Source of the DNA: Polyangiaceae bacterium
GTDB taxonomy: Bacteria; Myxococcota_A; Polyangia; Polyangiales; Polyangiaceae
Assembly (NCBI GenBank): GCA_044376115.1
Contig: JBILLK010000013.1
Location: forward strand, 128,001 to 192,000
Direction of reading: 5' to 3'
DNA: 64,000 nucleotides
The notes beneath the pieces are model-generated. The model was not told the DNA's origin and did no database searches. It saw only the letters and a list, made by a program, of their open reading frames with translations. The position numbers and the translations under genes are program-made. Positions 18,631 to 27,316 of the stretch are shown here, one piece after another (the first letter of the stretch is position 1; each line of letters opens with the position of its first letter).

Positions 18631-19979
18631 GGCCCGCACTCGTAGCTGTCCTTTTGTCCGCGGCCGCCTGCAACGTCTTCGCGGGGCTAACCGACTACGA
18701 GAAGGTCCAGAGTGCGCCGAGCGGCGGTGGCGGCAGCGGTGGTGGTAGCGGCGGTGGCCAAACCACTATCGGTGCCGCGGCCTTGGTCGTCGCGGGTCCA
18801 ACCGGAAGCTGCATCACGAACGAGCTCAACGAGGGCTACTGTTGGGGCCTCTACCCAGGGAAGGAAGGCGTTTCTTTCTCGGCCGACCCGATCAAGCTGG
18901 ACGTGCCGGGGGCTGTGATCAGCATCGTCATCGGCGCGCATCATCGCTGTGCTCAGGTGGGCGAAATCATGGACGGCGAGGTGCTTTCCACCGACCTCTA
19001 CTGCTGGGGTGAAAACACCCGCGGTCAACTTGGCGACGGCACCAAGCTAGCGAGCACCAAGCCCGTAAAAGCCGACATCGCTGGCGTCCTGTTCGATCGC
19101 TGGTCGAGTGGGCACTCTCACGTTTGTGCGGCGCCCATCGATGGAGGGGCGCTCTATTGCTGGGGTGCCAACGATCGCGGACAGCTGGGCCTCGGGAACT
19201 TCGACGATGCGTTGGCGCCGACACTGGTGCCTTTGCCGGACTTGGAGGGCGGCGGTGGCGCAGGTGGTGCGGGCGGTGCGGGCGGTGCGGGCGGTGCGGG
19301 CAGCGCGACGTGGAACGGGATTCTCTCCGCAGGAAGTCAGCACACTTGCGCGATCGTGCGGCGCGACGGGGCCGAGTCGAGCTACTGCTGGGGAGACAAC
19401 ACCACGGCTCAACTCGGGCGGATGCCGAGTGCGGTCGAGTTCTCGAGCGAGCCGCTCCTCGTCGACGACAGCGCCGCGCTCGCCGCTGGCTTCGATCACT
19501 TCGACCGCGTGTTCGCCGGCGGACGCCACACCTGCGCGCGCGCGGGCTCCTCGAGCAAGCCGGTCTTCTGTTGGGGAGCAAACGAGGTCGGCCAGCTTGG
19601 GACGGGAAGTGCGGCGCAATTTCAGCCGCAGGCCACCCGCGTCGACATCCCAGAAATCAACACCCTCTACATGGGACTCGACCACACCTGCGCCTCGGTG
19701 GAAGAGGCTCCTGGCGAATTTCTCGTGTTCTGCTGGGGGGCCAACGACAAAGGCCAAGCCAACCTGGTGGCTGACACGTTCAGCACGACGCCAGCGCTGA
19801 TCGAGTTCGGGACCGTTGCGAACTTTGCTGCCACCAAGGGCGACCACGCCTGCGCGATCTCGCTCGCGGGCGACCTGCTGTGTTGGGGTGCCAACGAGTA
19901 CGCTCAACTTGGACTAGGGACGACGACTCCGTTCGAGCGCAGCCCGACCATCGTCATCCCCGCTCCCTCGTCTCCCTGA
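18627..19979 (+). CDS. RCC1-repeat lipoprotein
   Basis: Lipobox AAAC; repeated HTCA...YCWGxN..GQLG motifs; ATGA overlap with upstream gene. Confidence 0.92.
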   Translation: MRPALVAVLLSAAACNVFAGLTDYEKVQSAPSGGGGSGGGSGGGQTTIGAAALVVAGPTGSCITNELNEGYCWGLYPGKEGVSFSADPIKLDVPGAVISIVIGAHHRCAQVGEIMDGEVLSTDLYCWGENTRGQLGDGTKLASTKPVKADIAGVLFDRWSSGHSHVCAAPIDGGALYCWGANDRGQLGLGNFDDALAPTLVPLPDLEGGGGAGGAGGAGGAGGAGSATWNGILSAGSQHTCAIVRRDGAESSYCWGDNTTAQLGRMPSAVEFSSEPLLVDDSAALAAGFDHFDRVFAGGRHTCARAGSSSKPVFCWGANEVGQLGTGSAAQFQPQATRVDIPEINTLYMGLDHTCASVEEAPGEFLVFCWGANDKGQANLVADTFSTTPALIEFGTVANFAATKGDHACAISLAGDLLCWGANEYAQLGLGTTTPFERSPTIVIPAPSSP

Positions 19980-20125
19980 GAACGACTCGCGACGGCAACC
20001 TTGCGCCGTCGCAAAGCTGCACACCAAGCACCAACGACGAGCAAACGCGCGACGGATTGTTCAAGCAGCGGACAAGCCTTGCGACCAATGCCGCGTTTGA
20101 ACGGTCGCTGCGTGGCTCGCGAGCT

Positions 20126-20141
20126 TGGCACGAAACCCGCT
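20126..20141 (+). promoter_or_regulatory. Candidate sigma54 promoter
   Basis: TGGCACGAAACCCGCT, GG-N10-GC spacing; predicted +1 adjacent to ATG 20153. Confidence 0.45.
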
Positions 20142-20152
20142 CTGGGCGGTCC

Positions 20153-21310
20153 ATGCACGTCTCCACACGGTCCCGCTTTTGCCATAGGCCCCAGTCGACG
20201 CGCTCCCCGCGCGACGTCAGCGCTCGCTGGGGTATCGCGCTGTGCACGCTCTTGCTGGCCTGCGACGAGGACGCAGCCACTGGAGGAAGCGGCGCAAACG
20301 GCAGCACGAGCGGCTCAGAAGCTAGCGGCGGAACGAGCAGTAGCAACGGCTCGGGCAGTACGAGCGCAAACGGCGGAACCAGCAGCACCGGCGGAAACGG
20401 CGGGAACGGAGCAGGCGCGGGCGCGGCAACCAGCGGCACCGGTCAGGAGGTTGGCTCCTCGGTGACGAGCGGACCGAACACCGGTGTCGGAGGTGGACCG
20501 GCTGGCTGCCCTGCGCAGGCGCTGACGCCGGGGCTGCACGAGGCGACCATCAGCTTCGACGGTAAGACGCGAAGCTACGAGGTGCAGGTCCCAGCCTCGT
20601 ACGACAACAGCGCGCCCATCCCGCTGGTGTTTGATCTCCACGGCCTAGCAAGCTCTGCAACGCAGCAGCAGTTCATCAGCGGTTGGTCGAGCGTGGCGGA
20701 AGCGAACGGCTTCGCCGTCGTGCGCCCAAGCGGGTACGGAGGATTTCCTTCCTGGAACGGAGGAAGCACCTGTTGCGGGCAAGCGCTGAGCGAAGGTCTC
20801 GATGACGTCGGGTTGATGCTCGCGATCGTGGAGGCGATCGACGCAAGCGTTTGCATCGATGCGAAGCGGATCTACGCCAGCGGCCTGAGCAACGGCGGTG
20901 CAATGACCCACCGCCTAGGCTGCGACGCGGCGGAGGTCTTCGCCGCGATCGCACCGGTCGCCTACCCCATCGCGTACCTGCCGATGAGTCTCTGCCAACC
21001 GTCCCGTCCAATGCCCGTCATGCACAGCCACGGGACGAACGACACCACCGTCCCGTACAGCGGCAGTTTCGGCATTGCGTCCGCCAGCGACAGCTTCGAA
21101 CAATGGGCTGAGCTCGACGGTTGTAGCGGCGACCCCGTAGAGACGTACAGCAAGGGCGACAGCCACTGCGACACCTACGAGAACTGCCAACAAGGGGCCG
21201 AGGTCACGCTGTGCACGATCAAGGGCCCGCATCTGCTTTACAGCAACAGCGACGATGTACCGATCGCAGAGCTGGCCTGGGCCTTCTTCGAAGCGCACCC
21301 GATGCCCTGA
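20153..21310 (+). CDS. PHB-depolymerase/LpqC-like esterase, lipoprotein
   Basis: LLAC lipobox, Gly/Ser linker, PLVFDLHG, DDVG, GLSNGG nucleophile elbow, HGTND..VPY, C-terminal His. Confidence 0.88.
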   Translation: MHVSTRSRFCHRPQSTRSPRDVSARWGIALCTLLLACDEDAATGGSGANGSTSGSEASGGTSSSNGSGSTSANGGTSSTGGNGGNGAGAGAATSGTGQEVGSSVTSGPNTGVGGGPAGCPAQALTPGLHEATISFDGKTRSYEVQVPASYDNSAPIPLVFDLHGLASSATQQQFISGWSSVAEANGFAVVRPSGYGGFPSWNGGSTCCGQALSEGLDDVGLMLAIVEAIDASVCIDAKRIYASGLSNGGAMTHRLGCDAAEVFAAIAPVAYPIAYLPMSLCQPSRPMPVMHSHGTNDTTVPYSGSFGIASASDSFEQWAELDGCSGDPVETYSKGDSHCDTYENCQQGAEVTLCTIKGPHLLYSNSDDVPIAELAWAFFEAHPMP

Positions 21311-21411
21311 CGGCGGCGCTATTCGGCGGTCATTCGGTCGCCGCTTCGCTCGATTGAGGCGCGCTGCCGATGGGAGAGGTTCGGTGATGCAACCGACGCC
21401 CCGAGCGTGCC

Positions 21412-21630
21412 TTAGGCCGTTGGATGAACCGACGCATCACTGCGTCCAAGTGCAAAGCCCACACGAGCGATCAGGAAAATGACGCCGGCGATGAGGCAGA
21501 TGTTGCTAGCGGAGAGGAGCGGCAGCGTGGCTGGACGCTCGATGCTGTCTGCACCCAGGAAGGCGAAGACGAACGACGCAAGGAACAGCGCTCCGGCACA
21601 GATGCTCAAGAGTTTGTTGAAGGCGCGCAT
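21412..21630 (-). CDS. Small 2-TM hypothetical protein
   Basis: 72 aa, two hydrophobic segments, purine-rich sequence upstream. Confidence 0.5.
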   Translation of the reverse strand: MRAFNKLLSICAGALFLASFVFAFLGADSIERPATLPLLSASNICLIAGVIFLIARVGFALGRSDASVHPTA

Positions 21631-21743
21631 CGGCGACCTTCCTACTGGCGTTTGGCGGCTGGCGGAAGGGGCTGAAGGACCGAAGCCGATGGCTCCACGT
21701 TTGCGGCCACGCTACCCACGATGAGGATGGTAGATGTTGGGTA

Positions 21744-22289
21744 ATGCAACCGCCGCCCCAGGGTCCGTGGGACCCGAACAACCCGCACGCGCAGAACCCC
21801 TACGCGCAGAACCCGCAGGCGCAGAACCCGTACGCGCAGAGCCCGCAGGCGCAGAACCCCTACGTACAGAACCCGTACGCGCCGCCCCAAGCGGGGCCGA
21901 ATCCTTACGCGCAGCAGGGCTGGGGGCCGCCGGGGTATGGCCCGCCTTTCGACCCGCGAGAGGTCCAAGGGAGGCTCGACAATCTCAACAAGATGAGCTT
22001 CGCCTTCGGGGTCCCCGGCCTCATGCTCCAGGTCGTCGGCAACATGTCCGCGGAGTTTGTTGGCGGCGGGATTTCCACGCTCATCTCGCTCAGCGGCTCG
22101 GTGCTGCTCATCGTGGGGCTCGGCTATTACGCGATGTCGCGAGGGCACAGCAAATGGTTCGGAGCGCTCGGCTTCCTGTCGTGCATCGGGCTCATCGTGC
22201 TCGCGCTGCTGCCGAAAAAGTGCCTGGTCTGCACCGGCCCGGTGCAGAGAGCCTTCTGTCAGCGCTGCGGCGCGCCCGGTGCGAAGTAG
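21744..22289 (+). CDS. Membrane protein with N-terminal (A)QNPY repeats and C-terminal zinc ribbon
   Basis: Pentapeptide AQNP(Y/Q/H) repeats, three hydrophobic segments, CLVC...CQRCG. Confidence 0.75.
   Translation: MQPPPQGPWDPNNPHAQNPYAQNPQAQNPYAQSPQAQNPYVQNPYAPPQAGPNPYAQQGWGPPGYGPPFDPREVQGRLDNLNKMSFAFGVPGLMLQVVGNMSAEFVGGGISTLISLSGSVLLIVGLGYYAMSRGHSKWFGALGFLSCIGLIVLALLPKKCLVCTGPVQRAFCQRCGAPGAK
21778..21891 (+). repeat. Coding tandem repeat, 15-bp period
   Basis: GCGCAGAACCCGTAC-like unit repeated about 7 times. Confidence 0.8.
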
Positions 22290-22304
22290 TCGTCAGGGGC
22301 ACGC

Positions 22305-23291
22305 ATGAAGGTGATGGCAGGGTTGACGCGGGCGGTGGTCGACGCTGCACAATCGGAAGGGGTCGACCTCGCGGACTTGCTGGAGAGCTTTGGCGTGAGT
22401 CGGGAGACGCTCGACCGCGCCGATGCATGGGTTCCCGTCGAGCTGCACGAGGCGATCTGGCAGGCGGCTGCAGAGCGCACCGGTCGACGGGAGCTTGGGA
22501 TTTGGATGGCCGCTCGCTTTCCGCCTGGTTTGACCGGCGTCGTCGAATACATCCTGCGCAGCTGCGCGACGGTACGGGACGCCGCCGATTCGTGGTGCCG
22601 GCTCGCAAACTTGGTTTCACCGTGCATCGAGAGCGAGCTTTTGACGGAGGGAAAGGGCATTCGCTTGGTGTGGCGGCTGCTTCGACCGGAGACCTCGGCT
22701 ACGCGTGTTTGGGCTGAGTTCGCGCTGGGCCGGACGGTACGGCTGCTGCGCGAGGCGATCGACGATCCCGAGCTCGCTCCGCTGCGGGTCGAGTTCTCGC
22801 ATCAAGCGCCAGCGGAGGTAACGCTCGCGAGCTACGAGAGCTTCTTCGGCTGTCCCGCCGTGTTTGGCTGCTCGGACTATGCGACGGTGTGGGCGCCAAC
22901 GATCGCATCGCGCCGCCTCAAAGGGGTCGACCCTGTGATGCGAGCCACGCTCGAGGCGCGCGCAGTGGATCTGTCTGCGGGCTCGAACGCCTTCCGCGAT
23001 AGCGTCCTTCACGAGGTGCGGTCGCTGCTGTTCGCTTCACCCAACGGCGTGACGCTCGCGGCCGTCGCACAAAGGCTCGATCTGTCGGCGCGGTCGCTGC
23101 AGCGCCGACTCGAGCGCGAAGGGTTCAACTTGCGAAGCCTGACCGACGACGTGCGGCGCGTCGAATACGCGAGACTGGAGAGCACGCTGACCCAGGCTGC
23201 GATCGCCGAACGCCTGGGTTTCGTCGACGCTTCTGCGCTGCGCAAGGCGCGCAAACGCTGGGAGCAGTCAACGCGGGACAAACTTTCGTAG
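22305..23291 (+). CDS. AraC-family regulator (OruR/ArgR-like N-terminal domain)
   Basis: PLRVEFSH..P, YESFFGCPAVF, LSARSLQRRL, IAERLGF..SA. Confidence 0.88.
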   Translation: MKVMAGLTRAVVDAAQSEGVDLADLLESFGVSRETLDRADAWVPVELHEAIWQAAAERTGRRELGIWMAARFPPGLTGVVEYILRSCATVRDAADSWCRLANLVSPCIESELLTEGKGIRLVWRLLRPETSATRVWAEFALGRTVRLLREAIDDPELAPLRVEFSHQAPAEVTLASYESFFGCPAVFGCSDYATVWAPTIASRRLKGVDPVMRATLEARAVDLSAGSNAFRDSVLHEVRSLLFASPNGVTLAAVAQRLDLSARSLQRRLEREGFNLRSLTDDVRRVEYARLESTLTQAAIAERLGFVDASALRKARKRWEQSTRDKLS

Positions 23292-23828
23292 CACACGCCC
23301 CGTGAGCGAGCCGACGTACACGGTGCCGTTCGAATCGACGGTGATGTCATGCCCGTCGACCACCGGCTCATCGCCATCGGCAAACTGCGCCAACACGGCG
23401 CCTTGTTTGTCGTAGACGGTCACTCGCCCGAACGGCGCGTCGGGATCTTGATCGCCTCCGTCGACGACGTAGATCCGCTGATCGCGATACTCCAAGCCCC
23501 ACGGCCGGCCAACGTCGGGGCCTTGCCAAATCTCAAGCAGCCCGCCGTCGCGATCGAAGATCTGCAGCCGGCCGTTGCTCCGATCAGCAACGTAGATGCG
23601 GTCCTCATCGTCGATGGTGAGGCCGTGCGGCACGTCGAACTCCCCTTCCCCGCAGCCGTGGCTGCCCCATTCGCGATCGACGACGGTGCCCTTCAAGACG
23701 GCGATGCGCGAGTTCTCGTAGCCATCGGAGACGACCGGGACGCCATCGGAGAGGAAGGCGATATCCGTCGGCGCCGCAAAACCGTCGGCTTCACAAGCAG
23801 CGACCAACAGCAGCAACAGCCGCCTCAT
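23268..23828 (-). CDS. NHL-repeat lipoprotein; C-terminal part of a PAL-like (peptidyl-alpha-hydroxyglycine alpha-amidating lyase) propeller
   Basis: Own leader MRRLLLLLVAAC; PTDIAF..SDGYENSRI, VPHGLTI, ADRSNGR, GHDITV; AGGAG RBS and ATGA overlap. Confidence 0.85.
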   Translation of the reverse strand: MRRLLLLLVAACEADGFAAPTDIAFLSDGVPVVSDGYENSRIAVLKGTVVDREWGSHGCGEGEFDVPHGLTIDDEDRIYVADRSNGRLQIFDRDGGLLEIWQGPDVGRPWGLEYRDQRIYVVDGGDQDPDAPFGRVTVYDKQGAVLAQFADGDEPVVDGHDITVDSNGTVYVGSLTGRVLRKFVPR

Positions 23829-24271
23829 TGGCTCTCTCCTAGCGACGAGCTGAGCACCTCGCCGGTGCTCGAAAGCTCGGTCACCACGTCACTGCGGGCG
23901 TCAGTCGCCCAAATGTGGTCGTTCGCGTCCACGGCGAGCCCGTGCGGTACGACGAAGAGCCCCTCGCCAAAGCGGTCGAGCAGCTCCCCAGTTTGCGTAT
24001 CGAACACGAGGATGGTCGCGGCTTCGATGGGGTCCTCGTTGTCGAAGCCGGCGCCAGCCCGATGAAAGACCAGCAGCCGGTCGAGCGAGTCCACCGCGAG
24101 CCCCGTCACCTGCCCGAGCTCGACGTCGTCCGGGATGACGAAGAAGTCGTTCTGCTCCTCGTACACGAGGCTTGCGACGTCGGCCGACTCGCGATCGACC
24201 TCGGCCCAACCACATCCCGCAGCAAAGCACACGGCGAGCGGACCGTAGGCCCACGCGCACATCGCACGCAT
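23825..24271 (-). CDS. NHL-repeat lipoprotein; N-terminal part of a PAL-like propeller
   Basis: Lipobox AAGC; LGQVTGLAVD, LLVFHRAG, FVVPHGLAVD..IWATD, ends at LGESQ; start uncertain. Confidence 0.85.
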   Translation of the reverse strand: MRAMCAWAYGPLAVCFAAGCGWAEVDRESADVASLVYEEQNDFFVIPDDVELGQVTGLAVDSLDRLLVFHRAGAGFDNEDPIEAATILVFDTQTGELLDRFGEGLFVVPHGLAVDANDHIWATDARSDVVTELSSTGEVLSSSLGESQ

Positions 24272-24393
24272 CGTTCTTCTGGCAGCTTCAAACATCGGAT
24301 GAAGCTTTAGCGGGTTGAACCGCGCTGACGAGGTCCCCTGGCGCGCCTCGGGAGGTCCTAAGGCGCCAGCACGGGGCCTCGTCACGGGGAACT

Positions 24394-24774
24394 CTAGCTG
24401 TTCGGAACCCAGCGCTGCACGGCCTCCAGCGTGTCGGCTGGGGTCGTGTTGAAGCAGAGCTTCGCCTGCGGGGCCTGCTCGTGTACGACGTTGAGGAGCT
24501 TCTCGAAGAGTAGGAAGTACGGCGCGCCCATGCGGATGCCGGCACCAATTACGACACAGTCGAACGAGCGTTCGGCGAGAGCCTTCGTCACCGTGGCCGC
24601 GGCGGTCTCACCGAGATCGATAGGACACCAGTGAGCTTCGTAGCCGCTGTCGTTCAGCTTCTGCACGACGGCGCGGATCCCTTTCATCAGCGTCTCGGCG
24701 GAGGCGCCAGGCGGCGCCAACGACAGATCGACGAGGGTGGGTTCGATACCGATGTAGAGGACGCGCGCAGCCAT
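24394..24774 (-). CDS. Conserved hypothetical protein (flavodoxin-like signature), paralog 1
   Basis: FDCVVIGAGIR, LFEKLLNVVH, CFNTTPADT; near-identical paralog at 37586-37963. Confidence 0.85.
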   Translation of the reverse strand: MAARVLYIGIEPTLVDLSLAPPGASAETLMKGIRAVVQKLNDSGYEAHWCPIDLGETAAATVTKALAERSFDCVVIGAGIRMGAPYFLLFEKLLNVVHEQAPQAKLCFNTTPADTLEAVQRWVPNS

Positions 24775-24856
24775 GGGTATCGACACTAGAGCAGAGCCGA
24801 GCGCAGCACACCAGACCGTGAGCACACCACTTGTCGATGGCCGCCCTTTGGGCGGA

Positions 24857-25858
24857 CTAGGGCTTCGCCAAGGAGTTAACGAGTCCGTACACGCCGTATT
24901 GAACCAAGTAGGAGAGCCCGCGCGAGGGCCACTCTGCCTCGAACCGTTTCGCGATGGCGGCGTGGTGCTTGCTCGCATCCGGTCCTGAGAGTTCGGTGGT
25001 CGAGGTTCCGAGCTCGTTCAGATACGCGCGGACGATCTTCTCGGCCTTCGCGAGGTAGGCTTGCTGCTCCGCGACCGCCTCGGCCAGCGGGGCCGAGTCG
25101 CCGCGCCCGCCGTACACTGTGGCGTCATCGAACTCGGAGAGTTCGCCGAGCGCGCGCGACCACTCCGCAAGATCCGGCTTCGCCACGCCGTCGACGATTC
25201 CCCCCTCGAGCCACGCGTGAACCCCATGGTGGACGAGATCTCCGACGAAGAGCGCACGCGCAGCTGGCACCCAGCCCACGGTCTGGGTCGAGGACACTCC
25301 CGCGTGATCGAGCTCGCGCAGCCAGATCTCGCCGGCTTTGGTTGGGAGCTTCAGCTCGTCGCGGAAGGTGAGGTCGATGACGGCCTCCGCAGGGTACTGG
25401 TCCGCTGGGATCATCTTGGCCACGTCGACAAAGAAGGCTCGCTTGTAAGCATGAACGCCGGGAATGGCGGCTGCCGTACGTTCGCTGGCCACGACCTTGG
25501 CGCCGACCCCACGGAACACGGCCGAGCCATTGAACTTGTCGGGGTTGGGGTGGGTAACCACGACGAAGCGGATGGGAGAGCTCGTCTTTGCGCGAATGGC
25601 TTCGAGGAGTTCGCGCGCGTGCCGCTCAGTGAACTGAGCATCGAAGACGACGACCTCCAGGCCGGTGTCGATCCAGAACGAGCGCGTGTCGAAGCCCTCG
25701 GCGTCGGACACGTAGCTGTCCACCTTCAGAGATTCTTCGTAGCTGAGGTTGTTCTCCTGCGCTCGGTCCTCAGCGCCGGCACAGCCCGAGAGGCCGGCGA
25801 ACATAGTGAATAGCGAACGGAGCACGAACGATGAGCAGAGCTTGGCAAAGGACTTCAT
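24857..25858 (-). CDS. MBL-fold hydrolase-like lipoprotein with non-canonical metal motif
   Basis: Lipobox LSGC; VVFDAQF, VTHPNPDKFNG, LFVGDLVH..HAWL; GGAGG RBS. Confidence 0.85.
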   Translation of the reverse strand: MKSFAKLCSSFVLRSLFTMFAGLSGCAGAEDRAQENNLSYEESLKVDSYVSDAEGFDTRSFWIDTGLEVVVFDAQFTERHARELLEAIRAKTSSPIRFVVVTHPNPDKFNGSAVFRGVGAKVVASERTAAAIPGVHAYKRAFFVDVAKMIPADQYPAEAVIDLTFRDELKLPTKAGEIWLRELDHAGVSSTQTVGWVPAARALFVGDLVHHGVHAWLEGGIVDGVAKPDLAEWSRALGELSEFDDATVYGGRGDSAPLAEAVAEQQAYLAKAEKIVRAYLNELGTSTTELSGPDASKHHAAIAKRFEAEWPSRGLSYLVQYGVYGLVNSLAKP

Positions 25859-25981
25859 GGCAGAGCCTCCTGAGGCAAACCTGCGGCCTTTCCGCGTGTT
25901 CTGCCTCCGACGGCCGTGAACCTAGGCTGCCACGCGTCGCACGTCGCTCGACAGGAAGACCAAGACTATCGAGAATAAGAC

Positions 25982-26779
25982 ATGAGCAAGAACCCCGACC
26001 TTGCGAGCCCTCCGGTGGTCGGACTCTCCGAGGTGCTGGAGGCAGGCGTCGGCCCACTTCATCGACACGGGCGCGCGCAGCTCATCTATTCGGCCGATGG
26101 CGTGCTAGTCGTGACGACGGAGCGCGGAACCTACGTCGTGCCGCCGCAACGGGCCGTGTGGGTCGCCGGAGGTGAGCGGCACCGGGTCGAGGCGCGGCGC
26201 CGTGTCGGCTTGAAGACGCTCTACTTCGACACGACCCGCGTGCCAAACCTACCGCAGGCGACGACGGTGCTCCAGGTCTCGGACCTGCTGCGTGAGCTCG
26301 TCGTCACGGCGGTTAGCATCGCGTGGACGTGGGACTCTCCCAGCTCCGAGGCGCGGCTGTTTCGGGTGCTCCGAGACCAGCTGCGACTAACGGCTGCCGC
26401 GATCGCCCCGCTCAAGCTTGCGCGCGGGAGAGACCCACGCGTCCTCAGGGCTTGCGCCGCTGTAGAACGCGACCCCGGACGCTCGCTGTCGCTTCCGGAG
26501 CTGGCGCGGATCGCGAAAGCGGGTGACCGGCAACTCGCTCGGCTGTTTGTCGCCGAGACCGGCGTGACACCAGCGGCTTGGCGAGAGCAACTCCGGCTGC
26601 TACTGGCGCTTGAACTCCTCGGCTCTGGGGAGCCCATCACAGCGGTCGCGCTCGAGCTCGGCTACTCCAGCGCGAGCAGCTTCGGCGTGATGTTCAAGCG
26701 CGCCCTCGGGACCTCACCCGGGCGCTACTTCAACGCAGCTCGACAAGCCGCTGGCTCGTCCGCACGTGCAATGCCTTGA
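25982..26779 (+). CDS. AraC-family regulator with cupin domain (NimR/RipA-like)
   Basis: HRH.RAQL, VPPQRAVW, R.L.RLF..ETG, VALELGYSSASSF..MFKR.LG.SP; divergent from MBL gene. Confidence 0.92.
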   Translation: MSKNPDLASPPVVGLSEVLEAGVGPLHRHGRAQLIYSADGVLVVTTERGTYVVPPQRAVWVAGGERHRVEARRRVGLKTLYFDTTRVPNLPQATTVLQVSDLLRELVVTAVSIAWTWDSPSSEARLFRVLRDQLRLTAAAIAPLKLARGRDPRVLRACAAVERDPGRSLSLPELARIAKAGDRQLARLFVAETGVTPAAWREQLRLLLALELLGSGEPITAVALELGYSSASSFGVMFKRALGTSPGRYFNAARQAAGSSARAMP

Positions 26780-26801
26780 AGCCGCGCCGGAGCGGCAGCA
26801 G

Positions 26802-27242
26802 TCAGCGCAGTTCGGCGGCCACGGCGAAGATGTGCTCGAGCGCGTCCACGACGATCTGCTCGATCACGTCCTCGGTCAGCGTCGCAGGTTGGTAGCGAGC
26901 GATGTCGGTCACGGGCGGTGAAGCCTCCAGGTACGCGAGCACCTCCAGGCCGAGCCCTCGATCGATCACCTGAAAGCCGAGCCGGTGACCGTCGGGGAGC
27001 TTCGCCCGCAGGAACACCCTGAGCTCTTCGCGATCCTCCGTCGAGCACACCTCCGCTCGAAAGCCGCGCTGCTCGAGATCGCGCGCGAACTCGTGCAGCG
27101 TCGGTCCAATCGTCTCGAGCTTGGCGCGCTCCCAGGCCAAGTGGAAGCGCTTCGCGTCTCCCGCGTCGCGCTCGACCTCACGGACGATGGCACCAAAGCG
27201 CGCGTCGATGTTGTTGAGGCGCTGCAACGATCGCGGCTTCAC
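26802..27242 (-). CDS. Hypothetical protein
   Basis: GTG at 27242 with AGAGGAG RBS; GC-rich third positions; divergent from vgrG. Confidence 0.65.
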   Translation of the reverse strand: MKPRSLQRLNNIDARFGAIVREVERDAGDAKRFHLAWERAKLETIGPTLHEFARDLEQRGFRAEVCSTEDREELRVFLRAKLPDGHRLGFQVIDRGLGLEVLAYLEASPPVTDIARYQPATLTEDVIEQIVVDALEHIFAVAAELR

Positions 27243-27316
27243 GCTCCTCTTGGTACCACGATATCGGTTGAACGAGGCTGGGTTCCACGCGAACATTCCG
27301 GCCGGAGGTTTCGGCT

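Noticed and set aside
19248..19302. 9-bp GGCGGTGCG tandem repeat (also Gly-rich run at 36532-36620)
   Set aside because: Ordinary Gly/Ala linkers common in myxobacterial secreted proteins
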